DNA of 64,000 nt, taken from the NCBI RefSeq assembly GCF_006345805.1, contig NW_021832594.1, positions 43,612 through 107,611 of the forward strand, written 5' to 3'. The notes beneath the pieces were generated by a model that was not told where the DNA came from, searched no databases, and worked only from the letters and a program-made list of their open reading frames with translations. Numbering within the stretch: position 1 is the first letter of the stretch; every line of letters starts with the position of its first letter. This document shows positions 35,920 through 48,030 of the stretch, piece by piece. This DNA comes from Octopus sinensis. Lineage: Eukaryota. Made by a program: the position numbers and the translations under genes.

Positions 35920-37335
35920 TAGGATACATTACAAGATGCTTGAACAGGGGCATGTAGATTTGTGTTGCATCCGGGAGGTAAGGTGGGGAGGAAGTTCTAC
36001 TAGGTTCCCCACAAACAAAGAACATATAAGATTTTCTGGGTAGGGAACAGTGATGAGGTTGGGGGCATGGTTGTACTCCTTGCTGAGAAATGGTTTGATA
36101 AGGGAGTCAGTCTGTGATAGAATACTTAAGCTTAGACTAGTGCTGCAACATGGATTAGCAACCATTATCTCAGCCTATACCCTTCAGCCAGGGCTACCTG
36201 ATGAACAGAAAGACCAATTCTGTGACACTCTTACAGATTACCTCATTGATGATTGGCAGGGACCTTCTCTTTGTGGCTGGTGTCTTCAATGGGTGACTTC
36301 AGGATCAGGGCTAATGGCTGCCCAGAAGACGACTAGTGTGGAAAAGAAGGGTCTGGAAGCTTAAGGATCCTCTGAATGGACACAGATTTAGAAGCGTATT
36401 ACTTGAAGCTTTTGACAAAAATGAGGAGGATATAGCATCACATAATATAGAGGACAACTGTTGAGGGAGCTTGCATTGTGGAAACAGATTTGAAACCAGG
36501 CTGCTGAAGTTCTGTGATGCAAATGATCTTATGATCTGTAATACTAACTTCAAGAATCCTGCCAGTCACCTGTTCACCTACCAGTCTGGTGGGTACATTA
36601 GTCAGGCTACATTCTCATCAGGAATCAAGAAAGATGGCTACTTATAAATGCCAAAACTTTCCCAGGTGAAGAATGCACCCCACAACATAGGTTAGTTGTT
36701 AGCGACTTCAGGGTCAGGGCTAATGGCTGCCCAGAAGATGACCAGTGTGAAAAACATGCGTTTGGAAGCTTAAGGATCCTCTGAATGGACACAAATTTAG
36801 AGATGTATTGAAGCTTTTGATAAAAAAAAGTGGAGGTGTAGCATCACATAATGTGGAGGACAACCTGTTGAGGGTCGGTGCAAAGTGCTCTTTCGACCTA
36901 AGGTGACATGGTGGTGGAACAATGTAGTTGACACGACCATTAGAGAAAAGAAACAGGCATGGAAGAACTGGAAGTGTGGTGGTAGTAGTACAAGATAGCC
37001 AGAAGAAAGCTAGGAGACAAGCTTACTTAGCCAGAGGGGAAGCAGATAAGGAATTTGCCCATGTTCTGCATCATGAGGATCAGAGACAGTGTGAGAGGGA
37101 AAACTGTAATGGCATAGGAGAGATATTTGTCTGCATGGATGATGGTTCTCTTGCATTTAATGATGCTGCAAAGTGAGAGACTCGGAGATGCCACTGTGAA
37201 AGGTTGCTAAATGAGGAGAATGAATGTAAGAAAATGAATCTGCCACATGTCGGCCCAACAGAGGGACCAGCTATCCAAATTGACAGTACCTTGGTAGGTA
37301 AAGCAATTAAGGGCATGAAGAGAGGGAAAACCCCT
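35920..37335 (+). mobile_element. Decayed RTE fragment (APE endonuclease to RT start) with an internal ~170 bp duplication
   Basis: Homologous to 50983-51860; GEECTPQHRLVVSDF at ~36665; duplicated block at 36296 and 36704. Confidence 0.8.
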
Positions 37336-37779
37336 CAGTCCATTGAAACCAATATTAGGTCTAGATTTGAAGGTGGTGAACTGGCAGGATTGTTAGCATG
37401 CCAAGAAAAATACTCAGCAACACTACGTCCATCTTTACATTCTGAGTTCAAACTCTGCTGCGATCACTTTGCCTTCCATACTTCCAGGGTTAATAAAACA
37501 AGGACCAGTTGAACACTGGGACTGATATTATCAACTTACCCTTCCCCAAAAATTGCAGGCCTTGTGCCAAAATTTGAAACCATTATTACATCTAGTTTCA
37601 ATTCTCACTTGTAGCTGTTGCAGTTCTCTTACAAAGTTTAGCAAAACATCCCTGGAAAGTTTAACAAAGCCTCCCAGAAAAGTATGCCTATTGTAACACC
37701 ATTTTCCCCTCTCTCTCATACACTAAATGCATAATAAGTCATCTGTTTTTACTATGTAATAACTCCTTTCTTTCCACAG

Positions 37780-37904
37780 TTGCTAATAACCGTTCTGAAC
37801 ACCAACTTCCCATTATTGACCATTCCATCACCAGAATTTGTCAGTCGCCTCATTGTCTCTAATCAGTGCACAGTTATTTCACGTTTGTGCCGTATCATCT
37901 TAGA
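37780..37904 (+). CDS. CENPI: CENP-I exon n (phase 0-2): LLITVLNTNFPLLTIPSPEFVSRLIVSNQCTVISRLCRIIL
   Basis: ttccacag / gtaagt; resembles NLPLVVLFPPGIF...ILNQLCFIM. Confidence 0.9.
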
Positions 37905-38686
37905 GTAAGTTTCACTAAATCCTTTCATGTTTCTGCTGATGCTCAGAATTGCTTGTAGGAATTTTATTATCTGTGTTTGTGTGTATTTTGTTTTTATAAT
38001 CTAATTATTTTCTATTCTCATTGTTGGGTTGTTTCTATTTATTTAAGCTATATAAATGTTTTAAAAACAGTGGAATACATCGTCGTCATTTAGTGTCCGT
38101 TTTCTATGCTGGCATGGGTTGGACAGTTTGACAGTATTTGGCAAGCCTGAGAGCTGCACCAAGTATCAGTCGTCTGTTTTGGCAAGATTTCTATGGCTGG
38201 ATGCCCTTCTTAGTGCCAACTACCTTACAGTGTGTATCGAGTGCTTTTTACATGGCACCAGCTTGAATTCAAAATAGATAAAGCTGTTAATAATTATGTG
38301 TAAATACTAAGTTAAAAAACGATTTGGATGAGAAAAGCCCCAGGCTACCTGTGGGACTTGAATCCACTTCTTTTGTTAATATGATAGATGTTCTACCATT
38401 GGACTATAGCATTCCTTTGAAGTTCTCCATCCATTGTAGAATTCTTCTTTTCTTACCAGCAAGAATTGTATGTAGTTTATGTGATGGCCTAGTGGTTAGG
38501 GTGTTGCACTCACAATCACCAGATTGTAAGGTCAATTCCTGGCCCTGGAGGCATGTTGTGTTGTTGAGCTAAACCCTCCATTTCCTGTTGCTCCAGTTTT
38601 GTTTGGGGACCAGCATATCATAGAAACAAGTAAAGGATAAATTATGCATCCTGGACTACATTATCTAATATGTATTATACCTTTAA

Positions 38687-38907
38687 CCCTTTAGTGTTTA
38701 AACTGGCCAAATCCGGCCCAATATATTCTACATGTTTTATATTCAAACTGGCGATGTCTAGCCTCTCACACCTAACCTACAATGCCATTCTAAAGATAAG
38801 TAATCACATCATTGAAACCTCAAAGCTTTAAGATGATCCAGGATTAATTCAAAACAATTTGAGTGAAAAAGTATTACATTTAACAGAGTAATCTGAACAC
38901 TAAAGGG
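38687..38907. mobile_element. piggyBac-like MITE
   Basis: TTAA-CCCTTTAGTGTT ... AACACTAAAGGG-TTAA. Confidence 0.85.
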
Positions 38908-39595
38908 TTAAGAAGGTATCATTTGAGTTGATACAGATTTGCTACCTATTTCTAGAGGATTCAGCAATTGTTCAACCAGATTCCTTTAATGGATGAAAAA
39001 TTTATTTTGCTTGTGCCTCTTGTCTTTAAAAAGTCTGATAATGTTATTTACCTAACTCGTTGAAGCTAAGTTGATCTACATAAATATAATTGCTATTCAA
39101 ATGGTCCAGACTCTTCATATTTTCCAAATCTTCAACCATGGACACTTTCTATTGAGTTAATAAAATTTAGCATAGATTCTTTGCAAAAACAATTGGATTG
39201 GATTGCCAATGTTGTGTCCACTGCAGGATGGAGGCCTCAGCATGTTCTCTCCACCAACCATGGTCTGATGTGTTGACCATGGATTTGAGCTTGTGATCAT
39301 ACTGGTTTCATGAGCCTTCTCTGCCACACTGGCTTGACACAGCTTGGCAGAGGGGTGCAGTTTTTAATACTTACACCCAGGAGTAGTTAAGTCAATTACA
39401 TTGACACCCCACTGCTTAACTGGTACTGCGAAAAATGAAATACCACTAAGCATTTCACCCAGCATGTTACCAATTCTGCCAGATTGCTGCCTTAAGTAAT
39501 TCTGTAAAATACAACCTCACACACAAATGTGCACATGCACACACACAAACATTTGTTTAGAGTTGATTGCTGGAAAAAAAAGTACTTGATACCAT

Positions 39596-39984
39596 ACTCT
39601 CTTTTACTTGTTTCAGTCATTTGACTGTGGCCATGCTGGAGCACCGCATTTAGTTGAACAAATCGACCCCAGGACTTATTCTTTGTAAGCCTAGTACTTA
39701 TTCTGTCAGTCTCTTTTGCCGAACCGCTAAGTTATGGAGACATAAAAACACCAGCATCGGTTGTGATGTTGGGGGGGACAAACACAGACACACACGCACA
39801 CACACACACATCTGTATACATATATACAACGGGCTTCTTTCAGTTTCCATCTACGAAATCCACTCACAAGGCTTTGGTCGGCCCGAGGCTATAGTAAAAG
39901 ACACTTGCCCAAGGTGCTATGCAGTGGGACTGAACCCAGAACCGTGTGGTTGGTAAGCAAGCTACTTACCACACAGCCATTCCT
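39596..39984 (-). mobile_element. SINE S1
   Basis: Full-length reverse copy. Confidence 0.9.
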
Positions 39985-40416
39985 AATGTTTTATTTTGGT
40001 CAAATCTATCGCTTGCTACTCTGAGTTTTTGTCTCTTGGTTTTGCAGGGGCTTCAAATAGGTTAGTAATGAAGAAATGATGGAATTGGCAGGTTTATATA
40101 TAGGATTCCTGTCATAGTGTATGATGGATGAAGGACAAAAATGAAGAAACAAAAAGACAGAAAGGGGAAGAAGAAGGAAAGTAAGAAGCAGAAAGGAAGC
40201 AGGTTATGATAGGGGTAAATGAAGAGCATTGGACAGATGATATATATATATATATATATATCCTCATCATCATTTAGCATTCATTTTCCATGCTGGCATG
40301 AGTTAGACAGTTTGATTAGAGAGTAAGCTGGAGAGCTATGCCAGACTCTAGTCTGTTTTAGTTTGCTTTCTATGATTGGATGCCTTTCCTAATGCCAAGT
40401 TATATATATATATATA

Positions 40417-40799
40417 GGCGCAGGAGTGGCTGTGTGGTAGGTAGCTTGCTTACCAACCACAGGTTCAGTCCCACTGCATGGCACCTTGGGCAGGTATCTT
40501 CTACTATAGCCTCGGGCCGACCAAAGCCTTGTGAGTGGATTTGGTAGACGGAAACAGAAAGAAGCCCATCGTATATATGTATATATATATGTGTGTGTTT
40601 GTGTGTCTGTCTGTCCCCCAACATCGCTTGACAACTGATGCTGGTGTGTTGACGTCCCCATAACTTAGCGGTTCAGCAAAAGAGACCGATAGAGTAAGTA
40701 CTAGGCTTACAAAGAATAAGTCCTGGGATCGATTTGCTCGACTAAAGGCGGTGCTCCAGCATGGCTGCAGTCAAATGACTGAAACAAGTAAAAGAGTAA
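40417..40799 (+). mobile_element. SINE S1
   Basis: ggcgcaggagtggctgtgtggta head to aaaagagtaa end. Confidence 0.92.
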
Positions 40800-40869
40800 T
40801 ATATAAACTATAAATTAAATAGAGAGATGCAAATGACAATCCAATAATTTATTTATATTATTTATATTG

Positions 40870-41318
40870 GCTCCCATGCAGGTGGCACATAAAAAACACC
40901 ATTTGCCAGTACCGCCTGACTGGCCCTTGTGCCGGTGGCGTGTAAAAGCACCCAACACACTCTCGGAGTGGTTGGCATTAGGAAGGGATCCAGCTATAGA
41001 AACTCTGCCAGATCAAGATTGTTTGTAATTTGCATTATACCGCTATTTATGCTTTATTCAACCAGTGAATGTTTTACACACCCCTTTGAAAGAATCTTTA
41101 CCTTTGTTACCGTGTGTGTGTGTGTGCGTGTGTGTGTGTGTGCGCGTGCGCGCGCGCTTTCTACACTCACGGAGTGGTTGGCATTAGGAAGGGCATCCAG
41201 CTGTAGAAACACTGCCAGATCGGACTGGGCCTGGTGCATCCTCCTGGCTTCCCAGACCCCGGTTGAACCATCCAAACCTTGCTAGCACGGAAAACGGATG
41301 TTAAATGATGATGATGAT
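40870..41318 (+). mobile_element. Two RTE 3'-tail copies (40870-41015, 41160-41318). Others at 38082-38262 (-), 40262-40398 (-), 58175-58285 (+).
   Basis: Tail motif and (GAT)n ending 30 bp before exon o. Confidence 0.85.
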
Positions 41319-41348
41319 TTTCATTCATTTCTTCTTTTCTTCTTCCAG

Positions 41349-41619
41349 TTACTCGAGTGTGTTCCAGAACTTAAAGAAGCTTCAGACACCCTATAAACTT
41401 GACAAACACATTAAAAAGTTGAATGTGTATGTTTTAGATGTCTGCAATGCTCTTTGGCGTTACAAAGCTTTTGATACTGCACAACAAACTTCTGATTCCA
41501 TTTTGTTTGATTTTGATATCTTCTCCATACCTGGAATTCGTAGCAAATCTGTGACTTCATCTTTATCCGTGTGTCATCACCAAGCGTTCTTAGGACATGT
41601 ACTGTTATACCTGAGAAAG
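41349..41619 (+). CDS. CENPI: CENP-I exon o (phase 2-0): YSSVFQNLKK...LDVCNALWRYKAF...CHHQAFLGHVLLYLRK
   Basis: cttccag / gttggt, 271 nt; lies inside ORF 41305..41676. Confidence 0.92.
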
Positions 41620-42000
41620 GTTGGTTATCTCTCTCTTCATTCACCATTTCTTGTTCTCCCACCACTCATTCTATAAAATTTAATTTCTTCTTTGTGTTTG
41701 TACTTCAAAATATTACAACAAACAACAAAAAAAAGACGTTTCTGTTTATATATTCACAATTAAAAATATGTAATTGCTCTTTTACTTGTTTCAGTCATTT
41801 GACTGTGGCCATGCTGGAGCAAATTGACCCCAGGATATATTCTTTGTAAGCCTAGTACTTATTCTATTGGTCTCTTTTGCCGAACTGCTAAGTTACAGGG
41901 ACGTAAACACACCAGCATTGGTTGTCAAGCAATGTTGGGGGGACAAACACAGATACACTAACGTATATATGTGTATATATGTGTATATATATATATATAT

Positions 42001-42172
42001 AGTTAATCCAAACAAGAAAACACAAAAAAACACAGCAACGCGAGGACGTGGAACAAATAAAGTATTATTGGACGCTCAGGAAAGAAGGGAAGAAGGAGGG
42101 TTTAACGTTTCAAGCGGAGCTCTTCGTCGGAAACATAGAAGGAAAGATCCCGAGAAGGGAAGACAGAGGAAA
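42001..42172 (-). mobile_element. Penelope-LTR-like short element (family H2) inserted in the (TA)n of an S1 SINE
   Basis: Flanked by (TA)n; a related fragment without the ribozyme part lies at ~61680-61750. Confidence 0.65.
42100..42134 (-). ncRNA. Minimal dimer-type hammerhead ribozyme motif (U4C variant)
   Basis: Minus strand GTTT-CCGACGA-A-GAGC-TCC-GCTT-GAA-ACGT-T^AAAC: stem I 4 bp, stem II 4 bp, palindromic stem III. Confidence 0.6.
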
Positions 42173-42180
42173 TATATATG

Positions 42181-42216
<36 letters not shown>

Positions 42217-43654
42217 TATATATAACGGGCTTCTTTCAGTTTCCATATACCAAATCCACTCACAAGGCTTTGGTTGGCCCGAGGCTATAGTAGAAGACAC
42301 TTGCCAAAAGTGCCAAAAGTGGGACTGAACTCGGAACCATGTGGTTGGTAAGCAAGCTACTTAGCCACTCCTACACCTATGTAATTAGTGTCATCACCAA
42401 TTAACATTCAACAGTAGTTCGCCATCATAATCTCATTCCAGAATCCTTGATATCAATCTTCCAGGTAAAAATTCTCCTTGTGTATCGGTGCACCAAGATT
42501 TTCAAGAACGTTCTATATGAGATTATAAAAAATTTAATTTAGAAAAAACATGCAGCAACTAATATCTTTGAAAGCTTCAATCAGTTTCCTTATTCCATTT
42601 CAAAAAGTAGGAGGCCTGAAATCAGTGCAGCAAACTACCATACCTTGCAGTTTTTAGTTATGACTGAGTTACAAACGTCTCCTTTCTCGTCAAGGACAAC
42701 TTGGCTTTTGTTTTTCATGAGATCAACAAGTCCCAAAGTACTTGGATTGGTATACTTGCCTGAAACCCTTAAGGGCAATGCCCCTGTCTGGCCAGTATCC
42801 TATAAGTGAAACAAGTAAACAAATATAATTTTCTTATAATTAAGCCTACCTTTCTGTTGTTTAATAGATGTGGTATCTATTATTTCCTTCTTTGGCACAA
42901 TGTCAAATAATGTGTTGGGATGGTCACAACTGGAGTGCCTTTCATTCTAGGCTTCATGTTGAGCTAAAGAACAGGAACAATTATTTTGCATAAAGTTTCC
43001 TAGACTTCATATACTTTAAAGCTCTGAAATTTTTTATCTACCATTCTTCTAATACTTACCATTCTTGTATTAATATTTTAATCTATTAATAATGCATTTC
43101 ACCTGCATTATTCTGTGTTGTTTACAGGAATATATTTGCATATTTCGGATTCTTTTCATCATCTTTCTTTATTCCTTTGCTATTTCTGGTGAGTGGAAGC
43201 AAGAATGTTTCCTTGGAATATTACTTTGATAGAGTAATTAACTCAGTTGTCCTGCCACACACCAATCACATTCCAATAAACACATAAATTAACCGGAACA
43301 TACACGCTCTCCGTAAGAGGCAAAATATTTTTTCCTTGGCACAATAAACTAATGGAAATGCTACTACTAAGATAACATCCAACACTCCCCCAGCTTTCTT
43401 TACTCATTGTTTCCCTCTCCTCCTCTTCCTTTTATTCTCATTTAATTTTAATTTATTAATTTATTCACCTGCAATAACCAGAAAGGTGTTTTGTTTTTCT
43501 TTAATAAATTCCTTTCTCATTCCTTCAGCCAGTCTATCTTTTAACCTTTGCTGCTGCCTTAATCAGTATTCAATAAGTTAACTGTTGTTTAACCCTAGGT
43601 CAGCCGGTGGTCAAAAGTGTTTGGGCCTTGATCGTCCTTTTTTTATATATATTA

Positions 43655-43851
43655 TCTCTTTAACATTTATACTGGCCAGATCCAGCCTCTCACACCTACT
43701 CTCCAATGCCATTCTAAAAATATACAATTACATCAAAGCTACGTGATAATACATAAGGTCCAAACAAGGTGAATAAATACACATTACATACGAGAGAGAG
43801 AGAGAGAGGGAAAACATATGAGAGAGAGAGAGTAATATGAATGCCAAAGGG
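43655..43851. mobile_element. Decayed copy of the piggyBac-like MITE
   Basis: cagcctctcacacct...caatgccattctaaa...aaagggttaa. Confidence 0.6.
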
Positions 43852-44317
43852 TTAAAGGTAAATGTCATGGGCATTCAATCAGTTAATTAGTATTTAATTA
43901 TTTGTCTTTCTTTATTCTACACTTTGGTTCTGGCTGACTGAAAAAACAGATACCAGTTCTTTCTATGCTAAACTAGTGTACCATTTTATAAAAGACATGG
44001 AATCTCTCTCTCTCTCTCTCCCCCCCTCTCTCTTGTCAAGACAGGAAGAGTAGTGACTCTGAGCATTTTCAGGGACTCTGAGCTTTATAGGGTGGAGGTT
44101 ATTCTCATATCAGAGGCCAGGGACCTGAATACTTGTAGCAAAGTGGACTCTTCTAATGGTATCTATGAAATTGAAACTGGAGTTTTCTTACAGCAATATT
44201 TAAATGACATTTAACCAGAGAACTACAATTCAACAATCAGAAATAAGTATATATATACAACCTTTTGATTTTCAAGATACTAATATCAAAATGTTTTTGT
44301 CTTTTCTCTCTCCTCAG

Positions 44318-44356
44318 GAAATGCCCCAGAGCCGACAGCATCCTTCATTGATACGA
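44318..44356 (+). CDS. CENPI: CENP-I exon p (39 nt): EMPQSRQHPSLIR
   Basis: ctcctcag / gtaagt; resembles ESPEERTVNVSSIR. Confidence 0.85.
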
Positions 44357-44384
44357 GTAAGTATTTATCAAATTATTCTTTTCT

Positions 44385-44730
44385 ACTCTAGGAATAAGGC
44401 CCGAAAATTTTTGGAGAAGGTGGGTGGCTGTCTATTAGATCGGCTCCAGTACGCAACTGGTACTTAATTTATCGACCTTGAAAGACGAAAGACAAAGTCA
44501 GCCTTGGCTGAATTTGAACTCAGAACATAAAGACAATCAAAATACCTATTTCTTTACTACCCACAAGGGGTTAAACACAGAGGAGACAAACAAGGACAGA
44601 CAAACGGATTAAGTCGATTACATTGACCCCAGTGTGTAACTGGTACTTATTTAATCGACCCTGAAAGGATGAAAGGCAAAGTCGACCAGCATGGCCACAG
44701 TCAAATGACTGAAAGAAGTAAAAGAGTAAA
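44385..44730 (-). mobile_element. Nested/chimeric SINEs: S2b (-), S2a (-, 44546-44688) and an S1 3' end
   Basis: ctatttctttactacccacaagggg begins inside an S2b body; gtcgacc joins agcatggcc. Confidence 0.75.
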
Positions 44731-45019
44731 TAGTAGCCAAAGCCCCTCTCAAATCGCATCCTAAAGAATATATCATAACTGATAGTTAGATACCTCTGAA
44801 AAGTTGTGATGGCAACAGTTGGGATATCTCTGGGTATAGGAAGAATATAATCTACAATTAAAATATCTAATATCTATTGCTTTTTGGTGTGGGTTGACCT
44901 TCATCAACAAAATTACTCTCTGTTATTACCAATATTATGTGTTACATCTTCAGTTCTTTAGCCAAAAATAATCTTACTAGATATTCTGAAATCTCCTTTT
45001 TTCTCTTTTTTTTTTACAG

Positions 45020-45100
45020 ATAAACCGGAAAAGATATTTCCAGTTTCTGCGTGATCAAGAATTGGGAGGTTTAACTGATTTCATTTCTCGGTTGCAAACA
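45020..45100 (+). CDS. CENPI: CENP-I exon q: INRKRYFQFLRDQELGGLTDFISRLQT
   Basis: ttttacag / gtaagt; resembles YLDYLFSQGLQGLKLFI. Confidence 0.9.
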
Positions 45101-45528
45101 GTAAGTTTCTCTTCTTCTTAATAACTGCTCACAAACACCCTAATATATATTAGGGCACCTGTTTGGGTCATCAATTTGTTAGTTCTTATTCAGACAGGTT
45201 GAGTGGGGTGGAGGCAGAGCCCATACTTTTCTGATATGTTCTAATTTTGGCAGTTTCTTTGATTGGATGTCATTTTTAACACCAACTACTTTACACAGTG
45301 TACTGGCACCAGCACAAGAGAGGTTGTCATTTCCTCAACAAGCTAAAACTAATGTCAAACACTTTACAGAGTGTACTGGCTGCTTTTGACGTGGCACCAT
45401 CACCAATGCTTTTTACATCAATTTGTTGAATCAATAGATATATTCCAGAAAGAGTAACGAAGGCAGAAGGTGAAATCTTTTGTAAAACCAGTATTTACAA
45501 CTTGACAAATGTTTTACCTGCATCTTTT

Positions 45529-45705
45529 TTACTCTTTTATTTGTTTCAGTCATTTGACTGTGGCCATGCTGGAGCACTGCCTTTAATCGAGCAAATCAAC
45601 CCCAGGACTTATTCTATCGGTCTATTTTGCTGCACTGCTAAGTTACAGGGACGTAAACACACCAGCATCGGTTGTGCCGGTTGCCAAGCGATGTTGGGAG
45701 GACAG

Positions 45706-45746
<41 letters not shown>

Positions 45747-45914
45747 TATATACGACGGGCTTCTTTCAGTTTCCATCTACCAAATCCACTCACAAGGCTT
45801 TGGTCGGCCCAAGGCTATAGTAGGACACTTGCCAAAGGTGCCACACAGTGGGACTGAACCCAGAACCATGTGGTTAGTAAGCAAGCTACTTATCACACAG
45901 CCACTCCTATGCCT
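45529..45914 (-). mobile_element. SINE S1
   Basis: Reverse copy. Confidence 0.9.
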
Positions 45915-46089
45915 GGTAATTTTTTTTTTTTGGTAATTTTTTGGTAATATTTTTGTCTTTTCAATTAAAACTAAGCAGCATTACTTCACAATTCTTGAAC
46001 CTCTAATTTTATTAATGTTGTTGCTACTAAATATTTAAATATTTCAAGCTTTAAATTATCCATTTAGGATAATTTAGAGCTTGCCTACC

Positions 46090-46305
46090 TAGCATTCAAA
46101 CCAGCCATATCCAGACCAAAATTCTACTTGTTTTATCATGAAACTCGTGAGATCCAGCCTCTCTGACTTCAACCCTTCAATGTTATTCTAAAAATAAACA
46201 ATCAAATCATTGAAATGTCAAAGGTGCAAGATAATGTATGATTAATTGAAAACAACGTGAATAAGTGAGGATTACATTTGGCAAGACAATCTGAATGCTA
46301 AAGGG
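46090..46305. mobile_element. Decayed copy of the piggyBac-like MITE
   Basis: gatccagcctctc...attctaaaaata...aatctgaatgctaaagggtta. Confidence 0.6.
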
Positions 46306-46420
46306 TTATGGGTAAATGCCATGGGTATTCAATCAGTTTTTGATTAACCTTTATGACCAAGTCCCTCTTGTTTTGGACAGCAATTTATTGAAATCATTTC
46401 TTCATTTTATTTCGTTTTAG

Positions 46421-46432
46421 AAAACTGAGTGA
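46421..46432 (+). CDS. CENPI: CENP-I probable last coding exon: KTE-stop, followed by 3' UTR
   Basis: ttttatttcgttttag acceptor, phase 0, AAA ACT GAG TGA. Identified by position and phase only. Confidence 0.6.
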   Translation, partial: KTE

Positions 46433-48030
46433 AGAAGAAAGCTTGCACCACACCTGTCCAGTGTTTGAGTACCACTTTTTCTACTACAGTTTTAATGCCA
46501 CACAAAGCAGACTTGAGCAATAATTGGTCGATCAGTTCCAAGTGCTTTTCCCATCATGCAGTGGTTGATCTATTGTTAAAATCTTACGTTGGGTTACCTG
46601 TGCATCAATATCTCTATTAACATAGAATGGTCAAGTAATTTTCCTATTGATGAAACGGGAGGTGCTGTCTGGGTACTTTGATGCAGGTAACTCATTGTGC
46701 TCAGTCTTTCCCTTTATGCCAGTCTAGCTGAGTATCTAAGGTATTCAGTGAATGGATGAGTGTATTTGACTGAAATAATTTGATGTGGATTAACAATAAA
46801 GATTGATGATTGTTGATGAAATGCATGAGTGTCTATGTCCAAAGTAGGATAGTACACAACCAACCAAAGAGGAAGGGCTCTATGTGGTTGTATGAGTAAC
46901 AGCTGCTAGAAATAACAACAAAATGTCCTAAGATTCATTAGTTATTACTGTGAGATCTGTTCAAGCAGATATAATCAAAGGAATTCTTTTAAGTTTTTTT
47001 TCTTCTTCAGACTACCCAATATGTAAGAGCGTTTGATTTTAAGGAGATTCAGTTGCTATTTCTAACAGGTCGCTTGACCCCATAGAGAAGGGCTCTCTAA
47101 CTAAAATGTAGTGCAATATAATCTACCAATTTAAGTTGTAGCTGCACTATTTTACTGATCACCAGTTCATATTCAGAGTACTGAATTCAATAGTTCAAGT
47201 GTTACCATAAAATGGGAAACTGCCAAACTGTTCTGAGCAGGGTTTAAGTCTCATTCACTTGGATACTGCACAAAGTGATGATAAACACTTGAGCAATGAA
47301 CCATGGAAGTCTGTAAAGTGTGGACTGGACTATCTTAGGAACTGATAGTCTTTCTGTATTCAGGAGCAGTAAGTAATTGCTGTATATTTTGGAGTCACTA
47401 TCCCTTCATTTCCATGAGCACCACTCGCATGCAGCTGCTCTTGTTTAACTATTTTTCTGTGTAGATGGTTTCACAACACAGTGTTGTTTAGTTAATGATT
47501 CATAATTTATTTAAAAACCTGTTTGAGTAATGAGGGCCATTTAAAAAAAACATTAGCACTGCAGTGACTGGTGAAACATGGGTATATAGAAGAGTTGGGG
47601 GACAACAGGATAGCAATGATACAGTGATGAGAAATAAGCATAGTGCTTGAAAAAGAGGAAACGTGAGGAAGTGATGTAGTTTGGTTTGTTGGGGTAAGGT
47701 GTGTGAAATTTTTTCTTTATTATTCTAGGTGGGTGGAACACACAACACTCCCGATCTCTTACACTGTAGATGGCTTCACAACACTGTGTAGTTTAATTAA
47801 TGACTCCTAATTTATTTAAAATCCTGTTTGAGTAATGAGGGCCATTTTCAAACACACATACTGTTATATTGTTTTTGTTTGTTTGTTTGTTTGTTTCCTT
47901 TTGGTATTTTATATAATTGTGTGTCTAAGAATTTTATGCATTGACAGACTTAGTTATCAACAGTTTGTTCCATTGTATATGTATCCATGTAAATACTGGA
48001 TGTATAGATAGATATACACACACACACACA

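Larger units (their letters stand above)
41777..42378 (-). mobile_element. SINE S1 hosting the H2 element
   Basis: Reverse copy split at its (TA)n. Confidence 0.88.
520..46432 (+). other. CENPI: Centromere protein I (CENP-I / Mis6, CCAN subunit) gene model, 18 coding exons found; start codon not established
   Basis: AG...GT-bounded exons join in frame with matching phases. They translate to blocks resembling vertebrate CENP-I as recalled: KLVFHWIVLVM~KVLFYRWLVAM, LPIQMGSVIDNPLL~LPSQMGSVLNNSLL, EGTPAIEYFLYQFLDTWDG~EGFYSCEAFLYKSLPLWDG, HHQAFLGH~HHPSFLSY. Confirm by BLASTP/Pfam CENP-I. Confidence 0.92.
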
